A DNA stretch of 64,000 bases, from contig NC_090413.1 in NCBI RefSeq assembly GCF_036365525.1, forward strand, positions 23,570,299 to 23,634,298, in the 5' to 3' direction. Of this stretch, positions 36,905-50,049 are shown one piece after another (positions within the stretch are counted from its first letter, which is position 1; the number at the start of each line of letters is the position of its first letter). The notes under the pieces were generated by a model. That model searched no databases and was not told the DNA's origin. It saw only the letters and a list, made by a program, of their open reading frames with translations. The stretch is from Heterodontus francisci (taxonomy: Eukaryota). The translations under genes were made by a program, and so were the position numbers.

Positions 36905-37110
36905 AAAGGATAGTTGGGAGAGAGAGAGGGTGGTGGTGGGGAGAGAGAGGGAGAGGTGGAGAGATAGAGAGGGAGCGTAGGTGATAGAAAACAAGAGAAA
37001 AGGTGGGTGCTGGAGAGAGAGTGGCTGGGAGGGGTTAAGGAGGGAGAGGGTGAGTAGAGCGAGAGGGTGTTGGGGGGGAGGGAGGGAGTGGAGAGAGAGA
37101 GAGAGAGAGA
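36905..37110 (+). repeat. GA/G-rich polypurine low-complexity tract
   Basis: About 200 bp dominated by G and A, with (GA)n runs. Confidence 0.8.
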
Positions 37111-37409
37111 CCAGTGTGTTTTTTTCTGGGCCAGTTTGATTCCAAGTTGAAATGATAACAATGAACAGATTGGAATTGAGATCTTCCTCTCGTAGACTAG
37201 GCAATATTCCATAGTGCTGTTGATTGATCAGCAACCAACCATGTTCATTAATGGAACCTGAAGAGATAGACTTGTCATTGAGGATGGGGTAGTGGGGATG
37301 TTTCTCCTAATGGGTCATGTTATCCTAACTGAGTGAGCAACACTTGTAAATAAACTGATTTTAAATGATTAAACTCTGATAGTACTCTTACACATACTTG
37401 GAGTCACAG

Positions 37410-38755
37410 GAACATAGGAGCAGGAGTAAGGCCATTCAGCCTGTCGAGCCTACTCAATTAGATTCAATTAGATCATGGCTGATCATCTACCTCAACACAA
37501 ATTTCCCACGCTATCCCCATATCCCTTGATGTCATTTGTCTCCAGATATCCATCGATTTCTGTCTTGAACATGCTCAATGATCGAGCTTCCACAGCCCTC
37601 TAGGGGAGTAGAGAATTCCAAAGATTCACCACCCTCTGAATGAAGAAATTCCTCCTCTTCTCAGTCTTAAATGGCCTGCCCTTTATTCTGAGACTGTGTC
37701 CCCTGGTTTTAGCCAGGGGGAAAACCTATCTACATCTTGTCACGCCCTGTAAGAATTTTGTAAGTTTCAATGAGATCACCTCTCATTCTTCGAAACTCTA
37801 GAGAATACAGGCCCAGTTTCTGCAATCTCTCCTCGGACAATCCCGCCATCCCAGGGATTAGTCTGATGAACCTCCATTGCACTCCCTCTATGGCAAGCAT
37901 ATCCTTCCTTGGATGAGGAGACCAAAATTGCAGACAATACTCCAGGTATGGTCTCACCAAGGCACCAAAGGCCTGCTACCTGACCCGAACCCGACAGGAC
38001 CCGACGACATGTTTCGGGTTCAGGTCAGGTCGGGTCGCTCTTCCGGGTCCGACTTTTGGGCTTGGGTCGGGTCGGGCCGGGTCCGGGTCAGACACAAACA
38101 GTATTAACGTTTGCTCTGCTGGGAGGAAAAGGGAAGTTGAGTTTATTAAGTGTCATAAGTTGAAAAACCTACCTGAGCTGGGTGTCCGGGATGTCAAGGA
38201 AGGAAACTCTGAATCTGCGCAGTGAGCGAGTGAGCGTCTCTGTGATGTCATCGCGCTCATTCTGCAGCTTCCTTCCAAAAGTGGTAAGTACAGTGAGTGC
38301 ACTATGGTCAGGCCGGGCTTGGGTTGGGTCGAGGTCGGGTCAGGTACGGGACAAAATGGAAGGACTCGGGCCGGGTCGGGCTCGGGTCAGATGTGGTTCT
38401 GTCGGGTTCAGGTCGGGTTTTTTTTCCTGACCATGAGCAGGACTTTACGAGGCACTATACAATTGCAGCAAGACTTCTTTTCTCCTGTACTCAAAACCCC
38501 TTGCGATGAAGGCCAACATACCATTTGCCTTCCTAATTGCTTACTGTACTTGCATACTAGCTTTTAGTGACTCATGAACAAGGACACCCAGGTCCATTTG
38601 GACATCAACACTTCCCAACCTCTCACCATTTAAGAAATACTCTGACTTTCTGGTTTTTTCTACCAAAGTGGAGAACTTCACACTTATTTGCATTATATTC
38701 CATCTGCCATGTTTTTGACCACTCACTTAGCCTATCCAAGTCCCCTTGAAGCCTT
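37410..38755 (-). mobile_element. CR1 LINE 3' part interrupted by a hAT MITE
   Basis: Minus-strand ORFs VRPYLEYCLQFWSP...RRMRGDLIETYKIL and YFLNGERLGSVDVQMDLGVLVHESLK. Confidence 0.85.
37966..38447. mobile_element. hAT-type MITE, 482 bp
   Basis: Ends caaaggcctgct / agcaggacttta; 8-bp TSD caaggcac (37958-37965) / cgaggcac (38448-38455); many CCCGA/TCGGG subterminal repeats. Confidence 0.8.
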
Positions 38756-39102
38756 CTCAACAAACCTGAAGCTAGCAAGCTGGCACTGAGAAATTTCCAC
38801 TGACCTGCCCTTGGATAAGTAGGCTATATATAAATATAATGTAATCATTTGCTGCATTATATCTTTCCTTCCCTTGAAACATAGGTAAAATCAGACTAGG
38901 CTATGTTGTATAAGGATGCAGACAAACAGTATGATATTTCCCAACTGTTATGACCATATTTTTTTTTTTAAGTGAGCTTGTATTACGTATCGTATCTTAG
39001 TAGTTTGCAGATTCTCAAACATAAGTTTCACATCAGACATTTAGTTAAAAAAAAGTATTTTTTAATATTGAATATTAAATTACGTAAACTAGAAAACTCT
39101 GA

Positions 39103-39726
39103 GGGCTGTACTTTCATGTTGGGAGTGGTAATAGACTTTTTCCGGGGCCTGAACCTGCCCCCTGGGGGGAAGCAGTCACTCTTTTGGATTTTGACCAGGG
39201 CACCCCCTTAATTGGCATGGAGACAGGTTCCCCTCCAATTAATTATGGTGGGCAGGCTTTCGAAGTTGGATGACCGATCACAGGTAAGTAATTGAGAGAG
39301 TTCTTCAATATGGAGATGCCTTCTGACCAACTTTTTAAAATCTTTAATTAAAAAATAGATTCAGCAGCCATGCCACCACTGTTGGGGGAAATCCACCTAC
39401 AGGGTGCCTTTTGACTGCACCCACACCCAAGCAGGTGGGGAGAGCCTCTGGGTGCCCATTTCCAGGCAGTTAAACTGCTCCCCCTAGCAGGAACTGGAGG
39501 ATCTCCAGTCGGCTTCCTTTGGGTGCCCTTAACAAGGCTCTTAATGAGCCTAATTGCCTGCCCGCCCCTTGTAGGTGGTGTGGGGGGTGTGGTTGTAGCC
39601 CTGCTGGCCTCAAACCCACCTTGGCAAAAGTAGCTGGTGCCGGAAATGGGGTTGGTAAACCAGCACACTGGCCGGGCCTGGAATATTGGGCCCTGTCGGC
39701 TTCTGCGAGGCCCAAAAATTCAGTCC
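39103..39726. mobile_element. PIF/Harbinger-type MITE, 624 bp
   Basis: Imperfect TIRs gggctgtactttc / aaaaattcagtcc; 3-bp TSD TGA at 39100-39102 and 39727-39729. Confidence 0.6.
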
Positions 39727-39746
39727 TGAGACTTAATTATTGGAAT

Positions 39747-39974
39747 AAAAGCTAAATACTGCGGATGCTGGAAATCTGAAATAAAAACAAGAAATGCTGG
39801 AACCACTCAGCTGGTCTGGCAGCATCTGAGAAAAGAGAAGCAGAGTTAACGTTTCGGGTCAGTGACCCTTCCGAAGAGTTCCGAAGAAGGGTCACTGACC
39901 CAAAACATTAACTCTGCTTCTCTTTTCACAGATGCTGCCAGACCTGCTGAGTGGTTCCAGCATTTCTTGTTTTT
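39747..39974. mobile_element. Palindromic Penelope-pLTR-derived insertion with a 16-bp TSD
   Basis: 90-bp inverted arms at 39782-39871 and 39886-39975 (about 4 mismatches, 14-nt loop); TSD acttaattattggaat at 39731-39746 and 39975-39990. Confidence 0.85.
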
Positions 39975-40589
39975 ACTTAATTATTGGAATGTGCTAAATT
40001 AGCAGATTTTAGCTGGAGTGGTGTTGGCCTCTGTTAGGAAGTGGAAATAATCTGCCAGGGTTCATGTTCATGATTATCGCACTATTGCATGGGTGGTATG
40101 GTGTTTGTCTGTTGGATCAAGATACAGTCATATCTGGCTGAGAGTCACAACCTCCCCCACCATGGGCATAGCATTCGAACATGTTGCATCAATAAAATAC
40201 AAACATCAAAAAGGCCTTGAGCAATGTATCAGAGGGCTGCTGTTGCCTCTGGAACTGGACCCTTGCATAGCTCACTGCTGGAAATGTAGACGTAATGTGT
40301 ACTCTACTCTCCTCCTTCAAGACCCTTCTTAAGCCCAACTCTTTGAGCTTTTGGTGACACCCCACCACCCCTCCCCCTCATTGAACCTTTAGCTCAGTGC
40401 CTGCTCTTTTCCTTATGGCTCTGTGAAGTGCCTTGGGGCTTTTTGCTTTGGTAAAGGTGCTATGTAAACACAAATTATTGGACATAGGGAACTTGACAGA
40501 ATCAACTAAACAGAGGAAATACACTGCCAACAATTTAGATATTTTCACTACTATGTTTATTTGTTGCTTGCTGGCACTGTTTTTGCTCC

Positions 40590-40860
40590 AACAACAACCT
40601 GTATTTATATAGAACCTTTAATGTAATAAATGATCCCAAGGCATTTCACAGGAATGTTATTAGCAAAATTTGACACCGAACCACATGAGGCATGTTAGGG
40701 CAGATGATCAAAAGCTTGGTTAAAGAGGTAGGTGTTAAGGAGCGTCTTAAAGGGAGGAAAGAGAGCCAGAGAGGTGACAAGATTTAAGGAGGGAAATCCA
40801 GAGCTTGGGCCTGGGCAATTGAAGGCACGACTGCCAATGGTGAAGCAATTAAATTCCAAA
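40590..40860 (-). mobile_element. L2-type LINE 3' fragment
   Basis: caacaacctgtatttatatag...aaaagcttggttaaagaggtagg. Confidence 0.7.
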
Positions 40861-43020
40861 TAAAAATTGGCGCTATGAAATGTGGAATTTTGCCAGTAAC
40901 GGTCAAAAGAGGGTGCTCAAATTGTTAATTATAACCAAATTCCACTGCATGGCTATGGGCCCGTACTCACTAAGTACAGGATTGAGACAGTCTCACATGC
41001 ATTTCACTTGGGGTCTGTACATCCACCAGGCCAGAGTCTGGGCTGAACCTGAATCAGATCCAAACAGGTGGAAGGCTAGCACCTAATGCACTTCACTGCC
41101 CGATCTCTTTAATCCAACACCCCTCCCCACAGGGTCTTAGGCAAATTTTGGTGGTTTTTGTCAACACTTTGGGTGATTGCATCATGTCATTTGAAATGAA
41201 ATGAAGTAACACACCACATGAGCAGCTGTGATGTTAACTGCATTATGGAGGTGCATAGGATGCCTTGAATATATCACAGGACCAGTAAAATACCTGCAAA
41301 AATCTCCAGTCGCTCCTGTAAAGTCCCTTTACAGGTCAGATGCACTGTATTATAGAGACGTCTTATTTGAGTATGCTGTTTCAATTAAACCTGACTTACG
41401 TTCCTCTTACAGTGTCCCATAGATAAGAGCAATGGTGCAATCTTGGCATGTTATGATAAGGAACCACAGTTAGTTACTGACCATCCCAGAAGAACGCCCT
41501 AGGGTGTATTTGTGTATCTGTCACAAGATACCATAGTTAATACATTGTATCTGTCTTAAGTCTTTAAAATTTAACCAAGAATGCCTCTTTCAAAAGTAAA
41601 TAATCAGAAAACTATTATTCTTTCCCTGTCTATTGACTTAATTTGCATTCAAAGGGCCACAAACTTCATGAGAAGTAGTACTGGGCAAACTGGTTTCAGG
41701 GAGGAGAAAAGTCACTGTGTGTACAACTTGTGTTCCACATCGGTGATGGGATTAGGCTCTTTAACTGCGACCTGACCACAGTAACCAGACAATGATGGGC
41801 TGAATGGCCTCTGTCTGTGTCGTAATTTTTCTATGGTTCTGTCACATCTTTCTGTGCCTGTCAAAAGTTTGTATAATGGGATTGCCAACCCAGAAAGACA
41901 ATGGGGTGCCTTGGGATGTTTTCCTACGCTAAGGGTGTGATATCAATGCAAGTTGTTATTTGTAGAAATTTGTCTTGGCAGTAGCACGAACTGAGTGGTA
42001 ACACTTTGACTGCCTGATAATATGCCCTATCCAATATTCAGGTCCATTTGACTTGACTGGAGCTGAACCTCATGTGGTGAGTATAACATGCAGTCAAAGT
42101 GATACCACTCATTATGCGCTAATGCCCGAATGCAATTTCTATCACATCATTCTTCAAACAGTGCTGAGGGCAGGGAAGGTACTACAGTGAATAAAGACTC
42201 ATTCTGATCATGACTTAGATCTATTTTGAGTTGGGCTATTTAAGTGGCACTGTGGTTCGCCCAATGCCAACAGGGCATAATAACAGTACAAATTTTGGGG
42301 AGAGCACCATTAATACAAACGGCCCAATTAAACTAGAGTATTTTCAATTAACTTGTGATCTGGTTTTGTACATGAATGATGTAGGCCACCATCAATCACA
42401 AAAGGCTTCTCTTTTCCCTGTCACTGGGTGTGCACAAAGGCCTCGAAGGAGTGGCCGGCAGTAGCAGAAACCCTCCCTATGGATCCTATGCATCCTGGAG
42501 CTTTGGATGGCTGTTTAGGCTCTACCCTCTGCACATTGGATGACTGAAGATGGGGAGTGAAGGGCATGAAAGGAAAAACTTGCAGGGCGATGGGGAAAGA
42601 GCAGGGGAAGTGGGATGAATTGAATAGCTCTTTCAAAGAATCAGTACAGGCGCAGTGGGCCGAATAGCCACCTCCTGTGCTATATTCTATGATTCTATGA
42701 AATGTAGCCACAAATTGAGGCATCGTGACATAGCCAATAATGTAACAGGTTTATTAAAAGTAACAGAGAAGCATTAGCAATAACCAATCATTAAAATAAC
42801 ATCAAACTACAGTAGTTTATGGAACTTAAAGGACAGTGCCTCATTACTTGTATAAATATTAAGTTTATTCATGTTGATGATTACACTTTCATTGTATTCT
42901 ACTTTTTGTAAACATGGTGCTAATTTTCAATTTCTTTTAATGAAAATTCAAAACTTTTCTTCAGTGTTTATTCTTATCCTCATTTTCATTGCTCAGAAAG
43001 TAGAAAAGTTGGAAATAGTA

Positions 43021-43955
43021 AAACAACAACTTGCATTTATATAGAACCTTTATGTAGAAAAATGTTCCAAGGCACATCACCAAAGGTGTAATGAAACAAA
43101 AATGGATGCCATGCCAGCGAAGAAGATAGCAGGAATGGTAACCAAAGCTTTGTCAAAGAGGTGGGTTTTAAAGATGGTATTAAAGGGGAATTGGAGAGGC
43201 AGAGAGCTATAGGGACGGAACCAGCACAAAGGGCCTTGACAGCAGATGACACAGCTGCCAATGAAAAACTCAGAGGAATATTGAGTTTTGGAGGAGGGGC
43301 ATAGGGCTGGAGGATGTTACAAAGGAAGGGGGAGGGGAGGCCATGAAGGGATTTAAACATGAGGATGAGATTTTTAAATTAGAGACATTAGGGGACTGGT
43401 AGCCAATGCAGATCAGCATGAGTGATTGGGTTTGGTGAAAGATAGTTGTATGGATAGCAGGGTTTTGGATAAACTGAAGTTTAGAGAGGGTGGAGGATTG
43501 GAAGTCAGTCAGGAGCACATAGAAATCGTCGAAGTGACAAAGGCATGCAAATGGGCTGACATAGGTGCCAAGGCAGGCAGTCTTTGTGATGGAGAACGCG
43601 TGGGATCGGAAGTTCAGTACTGGGTTGAATACGACACCAAGATTGTGAACAGTCTGAAGTGGTCGCTGGGGAATGGGATGGAATTGGTGGCTAGGGTGCA
43701 GAGTTTGTTGTGGGGGGGGGGGGTTGCAAAGGCAATGGCTTTATTCTTCCCAATGTTTAACTGGGGAAAACTCATCCAGGATACATATCGGACAGCAGTC
43801 TGATAACTCAAAAGCAATGGAAGTATTGAGACAGGTTGTGGAAAGGTAGAGTTGAGCGCCATCAGCTGACCCTATGTCTTTAGATGATGTCGCAAAGGGC
43901 ATTATGTAGATGAAGAAAAGAAGGGAGCAAGGAAAGATCGTTGAAAGACTCCAGA
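43021..43955 (-). mobile_element. L2-type LINE 3' part
   Basis: Minus-strand remnants SWMS..QLNIGK.KAIAF, KLQFIQN, FKSLHGLPSPFL. Confidence 0.75.
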
Positions 43956-44889
43956 GGTATGATCAAGAAAGAAAGGTTGGGGGCAACATGTGAGGGGAGG
44001 ATTGTCCATTAAGTTATAGCCTTTTCGTCTATATCCTCTCCAGGAGAATGTGAAATGTTAATGAGAATGTGAAAAGAGTCTCCCTTTGCATTGGAGGGTT
44101 TTCAAATCTTAAATGTACTTTAGTTTTATAGATTTAAGAGTCATCTTTGGGCATGTAACATATGCAAGATCACTAGCAGTGGAGTAGCCATAGGGAAAAC
44201 CATGCTACAAATGGATCAGGCCAGAACATTCAAGGCTGTTGAACAAGCTGAGAGTTAGTAGCCCCTTCCATGACTTTAGAAAGTACAAACCTAAGAGAAC
44301 ATGGCAATAGTTACTTGTGGTAGGATAGTGTAGAGCTTATGTTACTGGACTAGCAACGCAGAGGAACTCACTATCGCAATTATGGAATTGAATTCAATAA
44401 ATCTGGTAACTTGTGGGCTAGTACCAGAAACAAATGACCAAGGAAGCTTCTGGATTGTCTTAAAAACTCAACAGGTTCACTGTTGTCCTTCAGGGAGGGG
44501 GATGTACCATCCTTACCCAGTCACCCCCTTGAAGTGGCCTACTGAGTCACTCAGGTGAAGGGCCACTAACTTCCTGGGGCAACTGGGGATGGGAATTAAA
44601 TGCAAGGTTCGCCATACTGCCCACAAACTGAGATCAAATGTTTTAAAAGGTGGAAGGGTAAAAGGGATCTCCTTTTAGGACAGAACACAAGCAAATTTCC
44701 AAGGAGAAGGTAAAGTGAATGAGATTAAGAGGGACTAAAGGGCCAGGATTACATCCTTGTGAGGCACCTTGGGATGTTTCTCTATGTCACAGTTGCTATA
44801 TAAATGCAAGTTGCTTTTGTAAGTTCGGAGGTGCACAGCTTGAGGATGATAGGAGGATATAGCATAAGTGCCAGGTGTCTTGATGGCAT

Positions 44890-45335
44890 TTAGCTGTGGC
44901 TCAGTGGGCAGCATTCTCTTATCTGACACAGGAGGTTGTAGGTTCAAATCCCACTCCAGAGTCTTGAGAACAAAAATCTAGGTTAATACTCCAGTGTAGT
45001 TGTACTGAGGGAGTGCTGCACTGTTGGATGAGACATTGAACTGAAGTCCTGTTTTCTCTCTCAGGTGAATGTAAAGGATCCCATGGCACTATTTTGAAGA
45101 AGAGCAGGGTAGTTTTCCCTGGTGTCCTGAGACAATATTTATCACTCAACCAACATCACAAAAACAGATTATCTGGTCACTATCACATTGTCCTTTGTGG
45201 GGGCTTGCTGTGCTCAAATTGGCTACCTCGTTTCATACATTATAGCAGTGATTACACTTCCAAAGTACTTAATGGGCTGTAAAGCGTCCCAAGATCATGA
45301 AAGGCCCTATATAAATGCAATTCTTTCTTTTTTCT
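44890..45335 (+). mobile_element. Deu-domain tRNA-SINE, full length
   Basis: A box tggctcagtgg, B box ggttcaaatcc, central domain, tail tataaatgcaattctttc. Confidence 0.8.
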
Positions 45336-45699
45336 TCACTTTTCGAGAGCCAACAACCTGCCAGGTGTAATACTACACATTGATCATGCTGGCAAAATAG
45401 AATGGTACAAAGGGAGGGATGTTTGTTTTGCCAAGGCCATCATATTCAGAGTTGGAGGAAGCAAAGAAGGTTGGCATTCTTTTTATGAGAGCTAATAAAT
45501 AAATCAGCAGGATGGAATGGGGTGGGAAATGGTTTCACCAAATTGTTGAGCACTACTTCTGGTAAAAGGAAGGAAGGTGTGCCTGCTGGAGTGTAACAGG
45601 CGTGCAAAGTTCCAAGGGCAGTGAAAGTTGATGTAGGATGCTTAGAGCTTTAGGCAAAAATCTAGTAGGGTGGCAGAATAACAAGCATAGTTATAAAGA

Positions 45700-46080
45700 A
45701 TTACATAGAAGGTACAGCACAGAAGCAGCCCAACAGGTCCATGCAGGTGTTTATGCTGCACACGAACCTCCTCCGATCCATTTTTATCTAACCCTATAAT
45801 CACGTCCTTCTATTACTTTCTCCCTCAGGTGTTTATCTAGTTTCCATTTACTGCAACCGTGCTAGTCGACTTACTATGTGCATTCTGCATTCTCACCACT
45901 CTCTCGGTAAACAAGTTCCTCCTGAATTCCCTACTGAATATATTGTTGACTATATTGTATGTATGGCCTCTAGTTTTGGTCTCAGGTTTGAGTGGAAACA
46001 TCTTCTCTCTGTCTACCCTATCAAACCCTGTCATAGTCTTAAAGAGCTCTATCAGGCCACCCCTTCTTTTTTCTAGAGGA
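45700..46080 (-). mobile_element. CR1 LINE 3' fragment
   Basis: LEKRRGGLIELFKTMTGFDRVDREKMFPL..TRGH on the minus strand. Confidence 0.8.
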
Positions 46081-46451
46081 AATAGACATAAATATGAAAC
46101 ATTACGCAATGCCATATCGAATAGAAGAAAGGTATGAAAACTTCCATTGCCGGCTATAAAATCAGTTACTCTATTGGCATGGTTACAAGGAACAGAAGAG
46201 TAAAAGCAGCAGGTGGATTAAGAAACAGCAGCAAAGAATGTTTTGAAGACCATCCCGTTTCAACAAAACAGGTCATTAAAAGGTGAACAGAGGTCCCTTG
46301 GCACTTTTCCAAAGCACTACAGGCCAGGTCTCTGATGTCTCTTTATTCTTAAGGAATGCAGATAAACAAGGGTGGATCAATATAATATAACGAACAAGGC
46401 TTTTAAGTGTCTTTCACTTGGCATCTCTGATAGTCCTTTTAGAGAGAGAAT

Positions 46452-46806
46452 GTAACCCAGAGACCCAGGCTACTGCTCTGGGGGCATGGGTTCAAATCCC
46501 ACCATGGCAGAGGGTGACATTTGAATTCAATTAATCTGGGAATTAAAAAGCTAGTCTAATGGTGACCATCAAACCATTATCAATTGTTGTAAAAACACAT
46601 CTGGTTCACGAATGTCCTTTAGGGAAGGAAATCTGCTGTCCTTACCTTGTCTGGCCTACATGTGACTCCAGACCCACAGCAATGTGGTTGACTCTTAAAA
46701 TGCCCCTCTGAAATGGCCTAGCAAGCCACTCAGTTCAAGGGCAATTAGGGATGGGCAACAAATACTGGCCGAGCCAGCGACGCCCACATCCCACAAATAA
46801 AAAAAA
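46452..46806 (+). mobile_element. Second tRNA-derived SINE family
   Basis: B box gggttcaaatccc; tail gggatgggcaacaaatactggcc...gcccacatccc and A-run; other copies at 44320-44640 (+), 29050-29360 (-) and 15830-15935. Confidence 0.7.
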
Positions 46807-46869
46807 TTTGAAGCCAGGGCATGATTTGAAAGTGCAATGGAACTCACTGCAATTCCAAGCTTTCATATT

Positions 46870-47280
46870 GTGAGTCAACAATCCCAGATAAAGATTTTGG
46901 GTTGAAGTCCCACTCCAGAGGCTTGAGCACATAAGCTAGACCAACAATTCAGCACAGTTCTCAGGGAATGCTGCACTGCCGGTAGTGACGTCTTTGAGTT
47001 GAGACATTCAACTCAGGTTCCACATGCTCTCTCGGGTGGACATAAATATCCCATTGTGCTTTCTTTACCCTTCATCCATTACCCATTAAAACAGATTATA
47101 TGGTCATTTATCTCACAGCTGTTTTTGGACATTGCTGGGTGCATATTGACTGCTGTTTCCCGACAACAATACCCAACAGTCAGCAGTGTCTGCACTTCAA
47201 AAGTACCTCATTGGCTGTGAAGTAACTTGGGATGTCCTAAAATCATGAATGGCGCTATATAAATGCGTCTTTCTTCTTTC
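46870..47280 (+). mobile_element. Deu-domain tRNA-SINE
   Basis: Same family as 44890-45335. Confidence 0.7.
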
Positions 47281-47459
47281 ATATTCACCATAGCTTTCTA
47301 GAACAGGAGTGAGTGGGAGAACAGAAACAAACCCATCCAGTCTCTGCAGAGTTTGGCATCAAGTAGGCAGGCCCCCTCCCCCAATGAAAATACCAGTTTT
47401 TAACTTGTGGAGGCGGGGAACAATCTTTTATTTTTGTCCATGTCCATGGAATGGAGACA

Positions 47460-49160
47460 TGCATCAGTATTCACCAAAGAGAAGGACTTGGTGGATGATG
47501 AGCCTAGGGAAGGGAGTGTAGATAGTTTCAGTCATCTCATTATCAAAAAGGAGGTGGTGTTGGGTGTCTTGCAAAGCATTAAGGTAGATACGTCCCCAGG
47601 GCCTGATGGGATCTATCCTAGAATACTGAGGGAGGCAAGGGAGGAAATTGCTGGGGCCTTGACAGAAATCTTTGCATCTTCATTGGCTACAGGTGAGGTC
47701 CCAGAGGACTGGAGAATAGCCAATGTTGTTCCTTTGTTTAAGAAGGGTGGCAAGGATAATCCAGGAAATTATAGGCCGGTGAGCCTTACGTCAGTGGTAG
47801 GGAAATTATTAGAGAGGATTATTCGGGACAGGATTTACTCCCATTTGGAAACAAACGAACTTATTAGCGAGAGACAGCATGGTTTTGTGAAGAGGAGGTC
47901 ATGTCTTACTAATTTGATTGAGTTTTTTGAGGAAGTGACGAAGATGATTGATGAAGGAAGGGCAGTGGATGTTATCTATATGGACTTCAGTAAAGCCTTT
48001 GACAAGGTCCCGCATGGCAGACTGGTACAAAAGGTGAAGTCACACGGGATCAGAGGTGAGCTGGCAAGATGGATACAGAACTGGCTCAGTCATAGAAGAC
48101 AGAGGGTATCAGTGGATGGGTGTTTTTCTGAATGGAGGGATGTGACTAGTGGTGTTCCGCAGGGATCAGTGCTGGGACCTTTGCTGTTTGTAGTATATAT
48201 AAATGATTTGGAGGAAAATCTAGCTGGTCTGATTCGTAAGTTTGGGACGACACAAAGGTTGGTGGAGTTGCGGATAATGATGAGGATTGTCAGAGGATAC
48301 AGCAGGATATAGATCGGTTGGAGACTTGGGCGGAGAAATGGCAGATGGAGTTTAATCCGGACAAATGTGAGGTAATGCATTTTGGAAGGTCTAATGCAGG
48401 TGGGAGGTATACAGTAAATGGCAGAACCCTTAGGAGTATTGACAGGCAGAGAGAGCTGGGCGTACAGGTCCACAGGTCACTGAAAGTGGCAACGCAGGTG
48501 GATAAGGTAGTCAAGAAGGCATACGACATGCTTGCCTTCATCGGTCGGGGCATAGAGTATAAAAATTTGCAAGTCATGTTGCAGCTGTACAGAACCTTAG
48601 TTAGGCCACACTTAGACTATTGCGTGCAATTCTGGTCGCCACACTACCAGAAGGACATGGAGGCTTTGGAGAGGGTACAGAGGAGGTTTACCAGGATGTT
48701 GCCTGGTCTGGAGGGCATTAGCTATGAGGAGAGGTTGGAAAAACTCGGATTGTTTTCACTGGAAAGACGGAGGTGGAGGGGCGACATGATAGAGGTTTAC
48801 AAAGTTATGAGCGGCATGGACAGAGTGGATAGTCAGAAACTTTTTCCCAGGGTGGAAGAGTCAGTTACCAGGGGACATAGGTTTAAGGTGCAAGGGGCAA
48901 AGTTTGGAGGGGATGTGCGAGGCAAGTTCTTTACACAGAGGGTGGTGAGTGCCTGGAACTTGCTGCCGGGGGAGGTGGTGGAAGCAGATACGATAGCGAC
49001 GTTTAAGAGACATCTTGACAAAGACAAGAATAGGATGGGAATAGAGGGATATGGGCCCCGGAAGTGCAGAAGGTGTTAGTTTAGGCAGGCATCAAGATCG
49101 GCGCAGGCTTGGAGGGCCGAATGGCCTGTTCCTGTGCTGTACTGTTCTTTGTTCTTTGTT
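47460..49160 (+). mobile_element. CR1 LINE, 5'-truncated, with a near-intact reverse transcriptase domain (one frameshift near 48245)
   Basis: [49 protein letters not shown]; FADD disrupted by a 1-nt loss; C-terminal ORF 48318-49079; tail ggccgaatggcctgttcctgtgctgta. Confidence 0.92.
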
Positions 49161-49357
49161 GTTGAGAGTGTGCAACTATAAACCTGAAGACATAAGCCTG
49201 AAACAACTCAGCCCTTTGTAATGAACTCAGCTGGATATTGTCAGCGGACTATTTCACCATGAAGTGGGTAAGGCAACATAACAGTTGAGACTGATCCTGT
49301 CCTCACCCAATGTATCAAATTGTATTTTCCAACAGGAGTAGGCCAGAAAGAGGTGCT

Positions 49358-50044
49358 ACGTCCTTCCTGCACGCCCGAAGTCTCACCCCCTCCGCACAAT
49401 GTCCTCGAGGTGGCTGTGGTGGGGAAGAGATGGTTGCCCACCTCCTTCTGGAATGTGTCTTCGCAAATCAGGTGTGGAAAGAGATGCAGTGGTTTTTAAT
49501 CGAGGTTCATCCCAAGTAGCTCTGTAACACAGGAGTCTGTGCTCTACGGGCTGTTCCCAGGGACGCACACCGAGATAAACATCAACTGCTGCTGGAGGAC
49601 TATGAATTCGATGAAAGACGCCCTTTGGTCTGCCCGAAACTTGCTGGTCTTCCAGCGCAAAGAGTTGTCCACGACCGAATGTTGCAGACTGGCACATTCC
49701 AACATGCTGAGGGATGCACTAAAGCCTGGGGCAGCCGCAGCAAAGGCTCAATGGGGAAAGACCACTGTGTAAGGTCCCCACACCAAGCTGAACGGAGGGG
49801 CTGGATCCATGGAAAACCCTTTGAACTGTATCGGGAAAATTTTCGTTGCTGTAAAATGTAAAAATGTATATGGCATGACAAATGAAATGGAAGGGTTGTG
49901 AATCAACTCATGATTGTATTGAAGGAAACTGATCACCTTTGCACTGTTTGTATTTTTTGACTTGGTGCTGTTTGAAACTGTTTGGTAATGTATTTCTTTT
50001 ACAGATTTTTATGAATAAAGTGTATTTTGGAAATTTAAAAAAAG
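49358..50044 (+). mobile_element. L1/Tx1-clade LINE 3' end
   Basis: Zinc knuckle CPRGGCGGEEMVAHLLLEC, C-terminus ..AQWGKTTV*, AATAAA and A-tail. Confidence 0.8.
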
Positions 50045-50049
50045 TACAA

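Noticed and set aside
41200-46440. Possible exons of an extra gene between prdx2 and rnaseh2a (unique patches at 41.7, 42.4, 45.5 and 46.2 kb)
   Set aside because: Frames are short and stop-ridden, with no consistent splice chain or recognisable domain; a lncRNA cannot be excluded.
47407-49079. Host gene or active retrotransposon from the 301-aa and 253-aa ORFs
   Set aside because: A 5'-truncated CR1 lacking the endonuclease, with a frameshift at the FADD motif.
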